Below, piece after piece: positions 50,868 to 59,316 of a stretch of 64,000 nucleotides of DNA. A model generated the notes under the pieces. That model was not told the origin of the DNA, made no database searches, and was given only the letters and a program-made list of their open reading frames with translations. Both the position numbers and the translations under genes were made by a program. Where the stretch lies: assembly GCA_002427545.1 (NCBI GenBank), contig DIRM01000046.1:12383-76382 (forward strand). The letters are read 5' to 3'. Numbering within the stretch: position 1 is the first letter of the stretch; each line of letters starts with the position of its first letter. This stretch comes from Mageeibacillus sp. UBA5436. Its GTDB lineage: Bacteria; Bacillota; Clostridia; Saccharofermentanales; DTU023.

Positions 50868-52124
50868 ATGAAAAAGGATAAAGATAATCGAATACAAAAT
50901 TTTGGCTTTGATACAAAAAATGATAATAATAAATCTGATGATTCGCAAAAGAATATTCTAAATCCTAAAATTGCGAAATCAAAGAAAAAAATGAAAAGCA
51001 ACAAAAATCAAAAAATTAGTTTGATGATTATTGCTTTATTAATTTTGTTGTTTTTTATTCTTCTTATTATTGTGATTATTAAAATACCCGATCAGCCCAA
51101 AATCGCATTAAACGGAGAAAACGAAACAATTGCGATAGCGGATTATCAGGCAATCATGACTTTTAATAATAATGAAGGAAAAAATTATTATCCTTTTGAT
51201 AATCAATTTGTATATTTATCTCAAAACCGCATTCAATTATTAAATCAAAAAAATGAAAATATATATAATGAAAATCTCGATTTTAATCGACCAGTTAATA
51301 TTCAAAATAATGAATACTTTTTAGCTTCTGATCGAGAATCAGGCAAAATTATTGTTTTATCTCATCAAGGCAAACAATTTTCTCTAGATCTTGATGGTGT
51401 TTTTGCAGGAGCCTATTTTGCAAATGAAAAATATATAGCAATCATTGAAGAGAATTCGAATAAATCAGGTTTTGTTCATATTGTTTCCGTAGATGATGGA
51501 CAAGTTTTATTAACTTTACAGTTTTTTGAATCAGGTTATCCTTTGAGTATTGTCTTTGATAAAAATCTAGAATACTTTGATGTTTTATTATCAAATACAT
51601 CTGGGTCTAATTTACAAACGATCATCAATCGTTATGATTTTTCAGGAAAACAATTGGGACAAATTAAATTAACGGAATATCCTAATCTTTATGCTCAAAT
51701 TTATTATGATAAAAATGAAAATCTTATATTAGCGGGACCAGGCAGTCTTTTAGTTTTAGATTTTAATAAAAATGAAGTCTTAGCTGAATACAATGTTGGC
51801 CGAATTATTCAAATGATACCAGGGGATAAAATTGATATTTTAGTATCAGATCGTATTGATGATGGAAATTTTCTAATAGAATGGTCAGAAAGTGAACAAA
51901 AATTTATTGAGAATGATTTAACCTTATTAAGTCAAATTGATCAATTTGCATACAATGATTCTTTTATTGCAATGAGTCAAAACAACCATATTCTATTAAT
52001 TAATAAAAGTGAAAAAAGTATTATATTAGATCAATATATTGATACAGATATATTAAAAATGAATATTTTAAATAATAAATTGATATTAATAACGGATAAT
52101 AGTATAAAGAGCATTAGTTTTTAA
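50868..52124 (+). CDS. Membrane-anchored hypothetical protein (possible extracytoplasmic beta-rich/propeller-like domain)
   Basis: Start is ambiguous: TTG at 50832 in the track, or ATG at 50868, with no clear RBS for either. Lys-rich N-terminus, one TM helix (ISLMIIALLILLFFILLIIVII), then about 340 aa with no motif I can assign. Confidence 0.45.
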   Translation: MKKDKDNRIQNFGFDTKNDNNKSDDSQKNILNPKIAKSKKKMKSNKNQKISLMIIALLILLFFILLIIVIIKIPDQPKIALNGENETIAIADYQAIMTFNNNEGKNYYPFDNQFVYLSQNRIQLLNQKNENIYNENLDFNRPVNIQNNEYFLASDRESGKIIVLSHQGKQFSLDLDGVFAGAYFANEKYIAIIEENSNKSGFVHIVSVDDGQVLLTLQFFESGYPLSIVFDKNLEYFDVLLSNTSGSNLQTIINRYDFSGKQLGQIKLTEYPNLYAQIYYDKNENLILAGPGSLLVLDFNKNEVLAEYNVGRIIQMIPGDKIDILVSDRIDDGNFLIEWSESEQKFIENDLTLLSQIDQFAYNDSFIAMSQNNHILLINKSEKSIILDQYIDTDILKMNILNNKLILITDNSIKSISF

Positions 52125-52158
52125 TTGTTATTCAAATAAATCTTTATGAGGAAGAAAT

Positions 52159-52842
52159 ATGGAAGCAGAATTAAAGTTCAAGTACAAAGAAGGCTTTTCA
52201 CAATTCGATATTATTAATGCCTCTTTCATTGCTAATAATTTATTAAAAGCAGGAAATATGTCATATGCAATGCGCTCCTCTTACTATGATACGAGCGACG
52301 AATTTTTTAGACGCAGAATGGCTGTTTTACGTTTACGACGTCAAAATGAGCGCTTCTATGTCACTTTAAAAATGCCGATTTTAAAACCTTTAGAACATAG
52401 TGAAGGATATTTTGAACGACAAGAATATGAATTTGAATTACAGGAAAGAGATAAAGCAATTGATCTAAGTCTTGGTTTAAATTCGAACTGGTTTTTGCAA
52501 CGTTTAAATGAAAATGGCATAGATACTTACAGTCAAGATTTAATACAATTACTTAAATTGGCAGAAAAACAGCCATTACATGAAGTTTGCGTAGCCGATT
52601 ATACGAGAACTTCTTATGCTTTTGCATTTAGAACTAGCCATTTTGAAATTTGTTTTGATGAAGGTTATTTAGGTACTTCTGAAAAGATAGAGCAATTCTC
52701 TGAATTAGAATTTGAACTATTATCTGGCAAGGGTGAGGATTTAGTGGCCTTAAAAGGAATATTATTAGAACATCTTCCTTTGGTTCCCATGCGTCAGAGT
52801 AAGTACGGAAGGGCGATAGCAATAGCGGATCAATTAAAATGA
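52159..52842 (+). CDS. CYTH-domain protein (triphosphate tunnel metalloenzyme family)
   Basis: N-terminal ExExK signature (MEAELKF). Later acidic strands (RQEYEFEL, ELEFEL) fit the CYTH tunnel. Confidence 0.65.
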   Translation: MEAELKFKYKEGFSQFDIINASFIANNLLKAGNMSYAMRSSYYDTSDEFFRRRMAVLRLRRQNERFYVTLKMPILKPLEHSEGYFERQEYEFELQERDKAIDLSLGLNSNWFLQRLNENGIDTYSQDLIQLLKLAEKQPLHEVCVADYTRTSYAFAFRTSHFEICFDEGYLGTSEKIEQFSELEFELLSGKGEDLVALKGILLEHLPLVPMRQSKYGRAIAIADQLK

Positions 52843-54128
52843 ATTATTATGATATTGTAGTTGTTGGTGCAGGTGCATCAGGGGTGATGGCCGCAATTTC
52901 TGTAAAATTACATCACCCAGAAAAAAAGGTTCTTCTACTGGATAGGCAAGACAAGATATTAAGCAAAGTCCGAGCCTCAGGTAATGGACGTTGCAATCTT
53001 TCAAATAAAAATTTATTTCCAAGTAATTTTTATTCAATTCAATCTTCAGAAAAACAAAAAAATAAATTTGTACAAACATCAATCAATCAATTTAATTTTC
53101 AAGATACAAAAGACTTTTTTTCAGATCTCGGCTTATTTTTAAGAATAGATGAAGAGGGTAGAGCTTATCCATATGCTGAACAAGCAGAATTAGTGATTGA
53201 TTTTTTATCAGCGTATTTGGATCAATTAAAAGTTAAAGTTTTACTTAATTCAGATTTAGATGAAATTAAAATGATTGAAGAAAATCCTATAAAAACGGAT
53301 CAAGATAAAAGGACAAACTTTAAATTACACTTACAGAAAAGATTACCAAAATCTCAAAAAAATAAAAATTTAAAATCTAAATTTGATCAAACAAATATTG
53401 TTTGTGAAAAACTGATTTTAGCTTGTGGAAGTAGTGCCGCAAAAAAATTAGGTGGTAGTCATGCTGGTTATGAATTATTGCATCAATTAAATGTGAAAAT
53501 AACTGATTTGCGTCCAGCTTTAGTGCCTTTGATTTTAGCTAAAGAAGAAAAATTGAAAACTTTAAAAGGGCAACGTTTCAAAGGTCAAGCTATATTATAT
53601 AAAAATCAAAAATTGATTTTTAAAACAGCTGGTGAATTTTTATTTACTGAAAAAGGCCTTTCAGGTATTGCAGCTATGGAAATAGCCAGATATATTGAAA
53701 AAAATTCTAAATATCACATTACCATTGATTTTATTCCTGATTTAAATGAACAAGAACTCAAAGAATTCATTTTAAGACAATCTGAGAAAATAAAAGAAAA
53801 AGATTTTTCAAGTTTGGCAAAAGGATTTGTTCGTAAAAATATTGCAGAATATATCGCTGAAAATACAAATTCTTATCAAGAATTAATTGAAAATTTAAAA
53901 GCCTTGAAATTCGAAGTAATAGGGACATTATCTGCAGAAAAAGCACAAATTATGGCGGGTGGCGTAATTTTAGAACAAATAGATTTTCCTAGCTTTAGTC
54001 TCAAAAAAAATCCTAATATATATATTTGTGGTGAATTGCTAGATATTGATGGTAAAACTGGCGGCTTTAATTTGCAATGGGCTTGGACAAGTGGCTATTT
54101 AGCAGGACAATTAAAATCAGCCTATTAA
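52839..54128 (+). CDS. HI0933/YhiN-family FAD-dependent oxidoreductase
   Basis: YDIVVVGAGASGVMAA dinucleotide-binding motif, SGNGRCNLSN, and C-terminal GELLDIDGKTGGFNLQWAWTSG. Confidence 0.8.
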   Translation: MNYYDIVVVGAGASGVMAAISVKLHHPEKKVLLLDRQDKILSKVRASGNGRCNLSNKNLFPSNFYSIQSSEKQKNKFVQTSINQFNFQDTKDFFSDLGLFLRIDEEGRAYPYAEQAELVIDFLSAYLDQLKVKVLLNSDLDEIKMIEENPIKTDQDKRTNFKLHLQKRLPKSQKNKNLKSKFDQTNIVCEKLILACGSSAAKKLGGSHAGYELLHQLNVKITDLRPALVPLILAKEEKLKTLKGQRFKGQAILYKNQKLIFKTAGEFLFTEKGLSGIAAMEIARYIEKNSKYHITIDFIPDLNEQELKEFILRQSEKIKEKDFSSLAKGFVRKNIAEYIAENTNSYQELIENLKALKFEVIGTLSAEKAQIMAGGVILEQIDFPSFSLKKNPNIYICGELLDIDGKTGGFNLQWAWTSGYLAGQLKSAY

Positions 54129-54170
54129 ATTGAAATCAGAAATCATTATTAATATTAATTTTAACAATGA

Positions 54171-56270
54171 TTAAAGATTATTAATTTGTTCTTGAATTTC
54201 GAGAATTTTTAAATACAAGGTTTCATAATTTTGCAATAAATTAAGTAATTGCTGATATTCAGTATATATTTTATTATCTTTAGCCTCACTAAAATTAGCC
54301 TCATATTCCAATTTCTTTGCTTCACAAATTTCCATCTTATTTTCTATATCTGATATGGATTGTTCAGAGACTGCCTTAAAACGTCTAATTTGAATAGGAT
54401 TAATCGGAAATTGATTGATCGTCTTTAATCCGTTTTGTAATTTAATTTCTTGTTCGGTGAACAAAAATTCAAATTTTTGATCATAGCCATTTTCTTTATC
54501 TTTTACTAAATTTTGTTGCTTTTGAGAAGAACTTAAATTAGAAAAATCATTTTCCGACTGTGCCGTTTGAAGTTTAGAGTTTTTCTCTTTATCATTCATC
54601 CTGTTATTTTCTAATGGAGAGTTAACTTGATAGCCTGTTTTAATCAAATTAGCTTCTTTTTCAGCAAGACGAAAATTTTTATAATTAGGATAGGTTTTAA
54701 TTTCACGATCAATAAAACCAAGGATGGATTGTCCGATTTTTTCAATAAAATAACGATCATGGCTAACCGCTAAAATAGCTCCTGTATAGTTTAATAAAGC
54801 ATTTTCTAAAATTTCACTTGAGTTAATATCTAGATGATTGGTTGGTTCATCTAAAAATAAAATATCTGGTTTTTCTGTTAATAAATGACATAAATATAAA
54901 CGCCGTCTTTCACCACCTGAGAGCGTATTTAATCTTTTAAAAACATCGATATTGCGAAAACCATATTGTGCAAGTAAATTTCTAGCATAAGCATCTGTCA
55001 AATGTGGATCGACACATTGTAAACTTTGGATAACCGTTTGATTTTCATCTTGAAATTCAACTAATTGATGCAAAACACCATATTGTATATCTTTGGTTAA
55101 TTGTACGATGCCGCTGGCATTCTTTTCTTCACCTAATAAAGCATTAATTAAAGTTGTCTTACCACATCCATTTTGACCAGCAATAATAATTTTTTCTTTG
55201 CCTCTTAAAGAAAATGAAAATGGTTTAAATAAGGGCTGATCCTGTCCAGGAAAAGAAACACTCAAATCCTTAACGTTCAATATGATTTTATTTGGATCCC
55301 CTAAATCTATGCCTTTTAATATATTAAATTTTAAAGCGGTAGGATCTTTTTGCTTCTTACTTTTTAAATTCTTTAATCTATTTTCTAATTTTTCAGATTT
55401 CTTTTGGCTAGAATGATATGAGCTTATCTTTCGATGTGAAAGCATCGTTTGTGTAATCTCATTTTGTCTTTTAACTTGATTTTCTAATTTATGTATTTCT
55501 TTTTTTACAAAATTATCACGTTCTTTTTTTAAAGTTAAATAATTAGAAAAATTACCATTGTAAATATTTAATGTGCCATGTTCTAATTCAGCAGTTTTAT
55601 TAGCTATGCGATTGATAAAAGCACGATCATGAGAAATCACTAAAACAGTAGATTTTGTTGAAATCAAAAAATCTTCTAGCCACTCTGTAGCAATATAATC
55701 GAGATGATTTGTTGGCTCATCTAAGAGCATGACATCAGGCTCTTTCAAAAGTAGCCTGGCTAATGCAACACGCATTCTTTCTCCGCCTGATAAATCACTT
55801 AAATTTAGATGCGCAGTTTTTTCTGAAATACCTAAACCAGACAATATGGATTTTAATTTATGACGATAATGATAACCATCCAGACTTTCAAATTTAGCTG
55901 TTAATTCAGTATATTCTCTTAATAAATTTTGATAATTATCATTCCTTTTAGAAATTTGTTCTAATAAATCATTCATTTCAGCTTCTATTTTATAAATTTC
56001 AGCATCATAAAGCGCATCATTCTCACCAGGATCAATACTTAATTCTTGATTGAGATAACCAATGATGATATTTTTGGCGATTATAATTTCAGCATTTTCA
56101 GAATCAGGTTTTTCTAATCCAAGAATAATACGAAATAAAGTGGTTTTACCTGCACCGTTTTCACCAATAATGGCAATTTTATCGCCTGCATTGATTTGTA
56201 ATTCCACATCATTCAGTACTGCTTTTTCATAATAAGATTTATCAATATGTCTTAAACTTATTTGACTCAT
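54171..56270 (-). CDS. ABC-F family ATPase (two ABC domains, no TM segments) with a ~170-aa C-terminal extension
   Basis: Start taken as the ATG at 56270 (MSQISLRHIDKSY, the typical ABC-F N-terminus). Walker A GENGAGKTT and GQNGCGKTT. Signatures LSGGERMR and LSGGERRR. Walker B LLDEPTNHLD and FLDEPTNHLD. Confidence 0.88.
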   Translation of the reverse strand: MSQISLRHIDKSYYEKAVLNDVELQINAGDKIAIIGENGAGKTTLFRIILGLEKPDSENAEIIIAKNIIIGYLNQELSIDPGENDALYDAEIYKIEAEMNDLLEQISKRNDNYQNLLREYTELTAKFESLDGYHYRHKLKSILSGLGISEKTAHLNLSDLSGGERMRVALARLLLKEPDVMLLDEPTNHLDYIATEWLEDFLISTKSTVLVISHDRAFINRIANKTAELEHGTLNIYNGNFSNYLTLKKERDNFVKKEIHKLENQVKRQNEITQTMLSHRKISSYHSSQKKSEKLENRLKNLKSKKQKDPTALKFNILKGIDLGDPNKIILNVKDLSVSFPGQDQPLFKPFSFSLRGKEKIIIAGQNGCGKTTLINALLGEEKNASGIVQLTKDIQYGVLHQLVEFQDENQTVIQSLQCVDPHLTDAYARNLLAQYGFRNIDVFKRLNTLSGGERRRLYLCHLLTEKPDILFLDEPTNHLDINSSEILENALLNYTGAILAVSHDRYFIEKIGQSILGFIDREIKTYPNYKNFRLAEKEANLIKTGYQVNSPLENNRMNDKEKNSKLQTAQSENDFSNLSSSQKQQNLVKDKENGYDQKFEFLFTEQEIKLQNGLKTINQFPINPIQIRRFKAVSEQSISDIENKMEICEAKKLEYEANFSEAKDNKIYTEYQQLLNLLQNYETLYLKILEIQEQINNL

Positions 56271-56405
56271 AAGAATTATTATACACATTTTTTTGTTGTT
56301 TATGCCTTTTGCTCATTTTTATATTAAATTGACTGATGTTTGAATGCTTGTATGTTAAAATTAAAAATAAATGAAATTTTTAACAAAAAGAGAAAGTTAA
56401 GGAAA

Positions 56406-57065
56406 ATGAAGATTAAATACGCAATCTTTGATTTAGATGGCACATTATTAAATACAATTGAATCTTTAATAAAGACAGGCAATGCGATGCTGAATGATTT
56501 GGGATATGCCTCAAGAGAAAAATCCGAATACCAACAGTTTGTTGGTTACGGTGCTAAAAATTTGGTTAAAAGTTTATTGATTGCATCCGGGGACGAAAAG
56601 GCTCAACAATTAGAGGAAGCTTATCAAATATATATGAAGTATTTTGAGGATTATTGTGTCTATAATGTGGAACCATATCCTGGTATTTTAGAATTACTAA
56701 AAAACATGAAAGAAAAAAACATTCAATTAGCCGTATTAACGAATAAACCACATCAAGTAACAGGCAAAGTTTTGGACACTTCATTTGATAAAGATACTTT
56801 TGCCTTCATTCAAGGACAAAATTCAGATTTTCCTAGAAAGCCAGATCCGACAGCTGCTCTTCATATTGCAAAAATTCTTGGGGCAGAAAATACAAGAGAG
56901 GTTATTTTTATGGGAGATAGCGATGCTGATATGCAAACTGCCAAAAATGCCAATATGGTTTCTGTAGGGGCATCTTGGGGATTTCGAAATAAAGAAGAAT
57001 TAATTGCTAATGGCTGTGAAATTCTATTAGAAAAACCATTAGACTTAATTCCTTATCTTTCATAA
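56406..57065 (+). CDS. HAD-superfamily hydrolase (phosphoglycolate phosphatase / PpaX-like)
   Basis: Start taken as the ATG at 56406, after AAGGAAA. AIFDLDGTLLNT (motif I), LTNK (motif II), GDSDADMQ (motif IV). Confidence 0.8.
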   Translation: MKIKYAIFDLDGTLLNTIESLIKTGNAMLNDLGYASREKSEYQQFVGYGAKNLVKSLLIASGDEKAQQLEEAYQIYMKYFEDYCVYNVEPYPGILELLKNMKEKNIQLAVLTNKPHQVTGKVLDTSFDKDTFAFIQGQNSDFPRKPDPTAALHIAKILGAENTREVIFMGDSDADMQTAKNANMVSVGASWGFRNKEELIANGCEILLEKPLDLIPYLS

Positions 57066-57082
57066 AAAAGAGAAAAATAAAA

Positions 57083-58468
57083 ATGGCAAAGAAGAAAACG
57101 ATTTATATTTGTTCAGAATGTGGTTATGAATCAACTGGTTGGCTGGGAAAATGTCCCAATTGCCAATCTTGGAATAGCTTTCAAGAATTTCAAATGGATA
57201 AAACAACCAATGGCTCCAATAGATCTTGGCTTGATTCTAATCAAAAAATTGAGAAAAATGAAATTGTTAATTTAGAAGAAATTTCTGGACAAAGCCAAGA
57301 TCGTTTGCAGACAGGTATCAAAGAATTAGATCGCGTATTAGGTGGAGGTTTTGTTAAAGGTTCTTTAGTTTTAGTTGGCGGCGATCCAGGTATTGGTAAA
57401 TCAACTTTACTTTTACAAGTTTTAGGCAAGTTAAATTATCAAAACGAGACATTATATATCTCTGGTGAAGAATCTCCTGCCCAAATAAAAATGCGAGCAG
57501 ATCGTTTGGGCGAAAATACAAATACGGCCAGAATATTTACAGGAACTTCATTTACCGATATCGCTCAAGTTTTAAGCAAAGAAAAGCCTGATTTTGCCGT
57601 TATTGATTCGATACAAACTATTTATGATGAAGATTTGAGCTCAGCTCCTGGTACGGTTTCACAAATTCGTGAGACGACGGCAGGCTTATTGCGATTAGCA
57701 AAACGTCTAAACATTGCCATTGTTTTAGTTGGACATGTTACAAAAGAAGGGGGTATTGCAGGGCCTAGAATATTGGAACATATGGTAGATGCTGTTCTTT
57801 ATTTCGAAGGCGAAAGATCTGGCCAATATCGTATTTTACGCTCAGTTAAAAATCGGTTTGGAACAACTGATGAAATTGGTATATTTGAGATGACACAAAG
57901 TGGTCTTCAATCCGTAAAAAATCCGGGTGAAGCTTTACTTATAGGTAGACCTTTAAATGTACCTGGTACAACCATAACCGCATGTCTCGAAGGGACAAGA
58001 GTCATTCTTTTAGAAATTCAAGCTTTACTCAATTTAACGGATTTTAATCAACCGATTCGCAATACACAAGGCATTGATCGACTCAGATTGATTATGTTAT
58101 TAGCCATTTTGCAGAAATCTTGTCAAATAAAAACAGGCCTTTACGATGCTTATGTCAATGTGACTGGTGGAATGAAAATTAATGAAACGGCTGCAGATTT
58201 AGCTGTCGTCATGGCAATCGTATCTAGCATTCAAGAAAAACCAATTGATCCTAATCTAATTTTAATTGGTGAATTAGGACTCTCAGGCGAAATTCGCAAT
58301 GTTCCCAATATTGAAAAACGTGTTTTAGAAGCCATTAGTTTGGGTTGGAGAAAATTTATTGTTCCTGCTAGTTCGCAACAAAATCTTAAAATTCTTGATA
58401 TTCCTAAAGATTGCGAAATAATATATGCAGGACTTTTGCAAGAAGCTCTAGATATTATGTTTTTTTAG
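57083..58468 (+). CDS. radA: DNA repair protein RadA/Sms
   Basis: N-terminal zinc finger CSECGYESTGWLGKCPNC, Walker A GGDPGIGKSTL, KNRFG motif, and a C-terminal Lon-like domain. Confidence 0.95.
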   Translation: MAKKKTIYICSECGYESTGWLGKCPNCQSWNSFQEFQMDKTTNGSNRSWLDSNQKIEKNEIVNLEEISGQSQDRLQTGIKELDRVLGGGFVKGSLVLVGGDPGIGKSTLLLQVLGKLNYQNETLYISGEESPAQIKMRADRLGENTNTARIFTGTSFTDIAQVLSKEKPDFAVIDSIQTIYDEDLSSAPGTVSQIRETTAGLLRLAKRLNIAIVLVGHVTKEGGIAGPRILEHMVDAVLYFEGERSGQYRILRSVKNRFGTTDEIGIFEMTQSGLQSVKNPGEALLIGRPLNVPGTTITACLEGTRVILLEIQALLNLTDFNQPIRNTQGIDRLRLIMLLAILQKSCQIKTGLYDAYVNVTGGMKINETAADLAVVMAIVSSIQEKPIDPNLILIGELGLSGEIRNVPNIEKRVLEAISLGWRKFIVPASSQQNLKILDIPKDCEIIYAGLLQEALDIMFF

Positions 58469-58527
58469 TCAGGCTTTAAAATTTGATTATTTCATGTAAA
58501 TGAATAAAGAAAGAAAAGTTGATATTT

Positions 58528-59253
58528 ATGAATAAAACAATTGCCCTTATCACTGCCGCAGGCAATGGTCAAAGGATGAATCATACAGAAAATAAATTAT
58601 TCCTAAAGATAAAAGGGATGAGCATTATTCAACGTACGGTTCAAACTTTTTTGAAAATTAATTCAATTGAAAGGCTTTATCTTACAGTACAATCTCAAGA
58701 ATTAAATAAAATGCAAGATGAATTAAAGAATCTTGATGGTTCAAATAAATTAAGATTTGTGATTGGTGGTCAAACAAGACAAGAATCCATTTTAAATGGA
58801 TTAGAAAAAATTGCTCTGGATTTTAAAGAAGTAACAAAATCTGTAAAAAATGAAATGATTTGTTTGATTCATGATGGAGCTCGGCCTTTAATTGAGAAAT
58901 CAACCATTCAACAATGCATTGAGGAAATAAAAACAAACCATTGTGGTATTGGTGTTGCCGTTCCAATTAATGATACGATTCATATGATAGATCAAAATCA
59001 AAATATTATTAATACTCCAGATAGAGCCAATCTTATTGCCATTCAAACACCACAAGGGGCTTTGTTTGAACAATTATTATTCGCACATCGCTTGGCCAAA
59101 GCAAACAACTTTCAAGCAACAGATGATATTTCTGTATTACGATATGCAGAAATTCCAGCTAAAATCTATTTTGGACATATTAATAATATTAAAATAACTC
59201 TACCTCAAGACCGTCTCATAGCTGAGCGAATTCTTGATACAATGAATAAATAA
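58528..59253 (+). CDS. ispD: 2-C-methyl-D-erythritol 4-phosphate cytidylyltransferase
   Basis: Start taken as the ATG at 58528. ALITAAGNGQRM, GGQTRQESI, IHDGARPL and TDD motifs. Confidence 0.88.
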   Translation: MNKTIALITAAGNGQRMNHTENKLFLKIKGMSIIQRTVQTFLKINSIERLYLTVQSQELNKMQDELKNLDGSNKLRFVIGGQTRQESILNGLEKIALDFKEVTKSVKNEMICLIHDGARPLIEKSTIQQCIEEIKTNHCGIGVAVPINDTIHMIDQNQNIINTPDRANLIAIQTPQGALFEQLLFAHRLAKANNFQATDDISVLRYAEIPAKIYFGHINNIKITLPQDRLIAERILDTMNK

Positions 59254-59316
59254 TATGTTATAATATAGATTAACTAAAATGAAATATAGTAAATATTTAC
59301 TATATGGGAGGATAAT

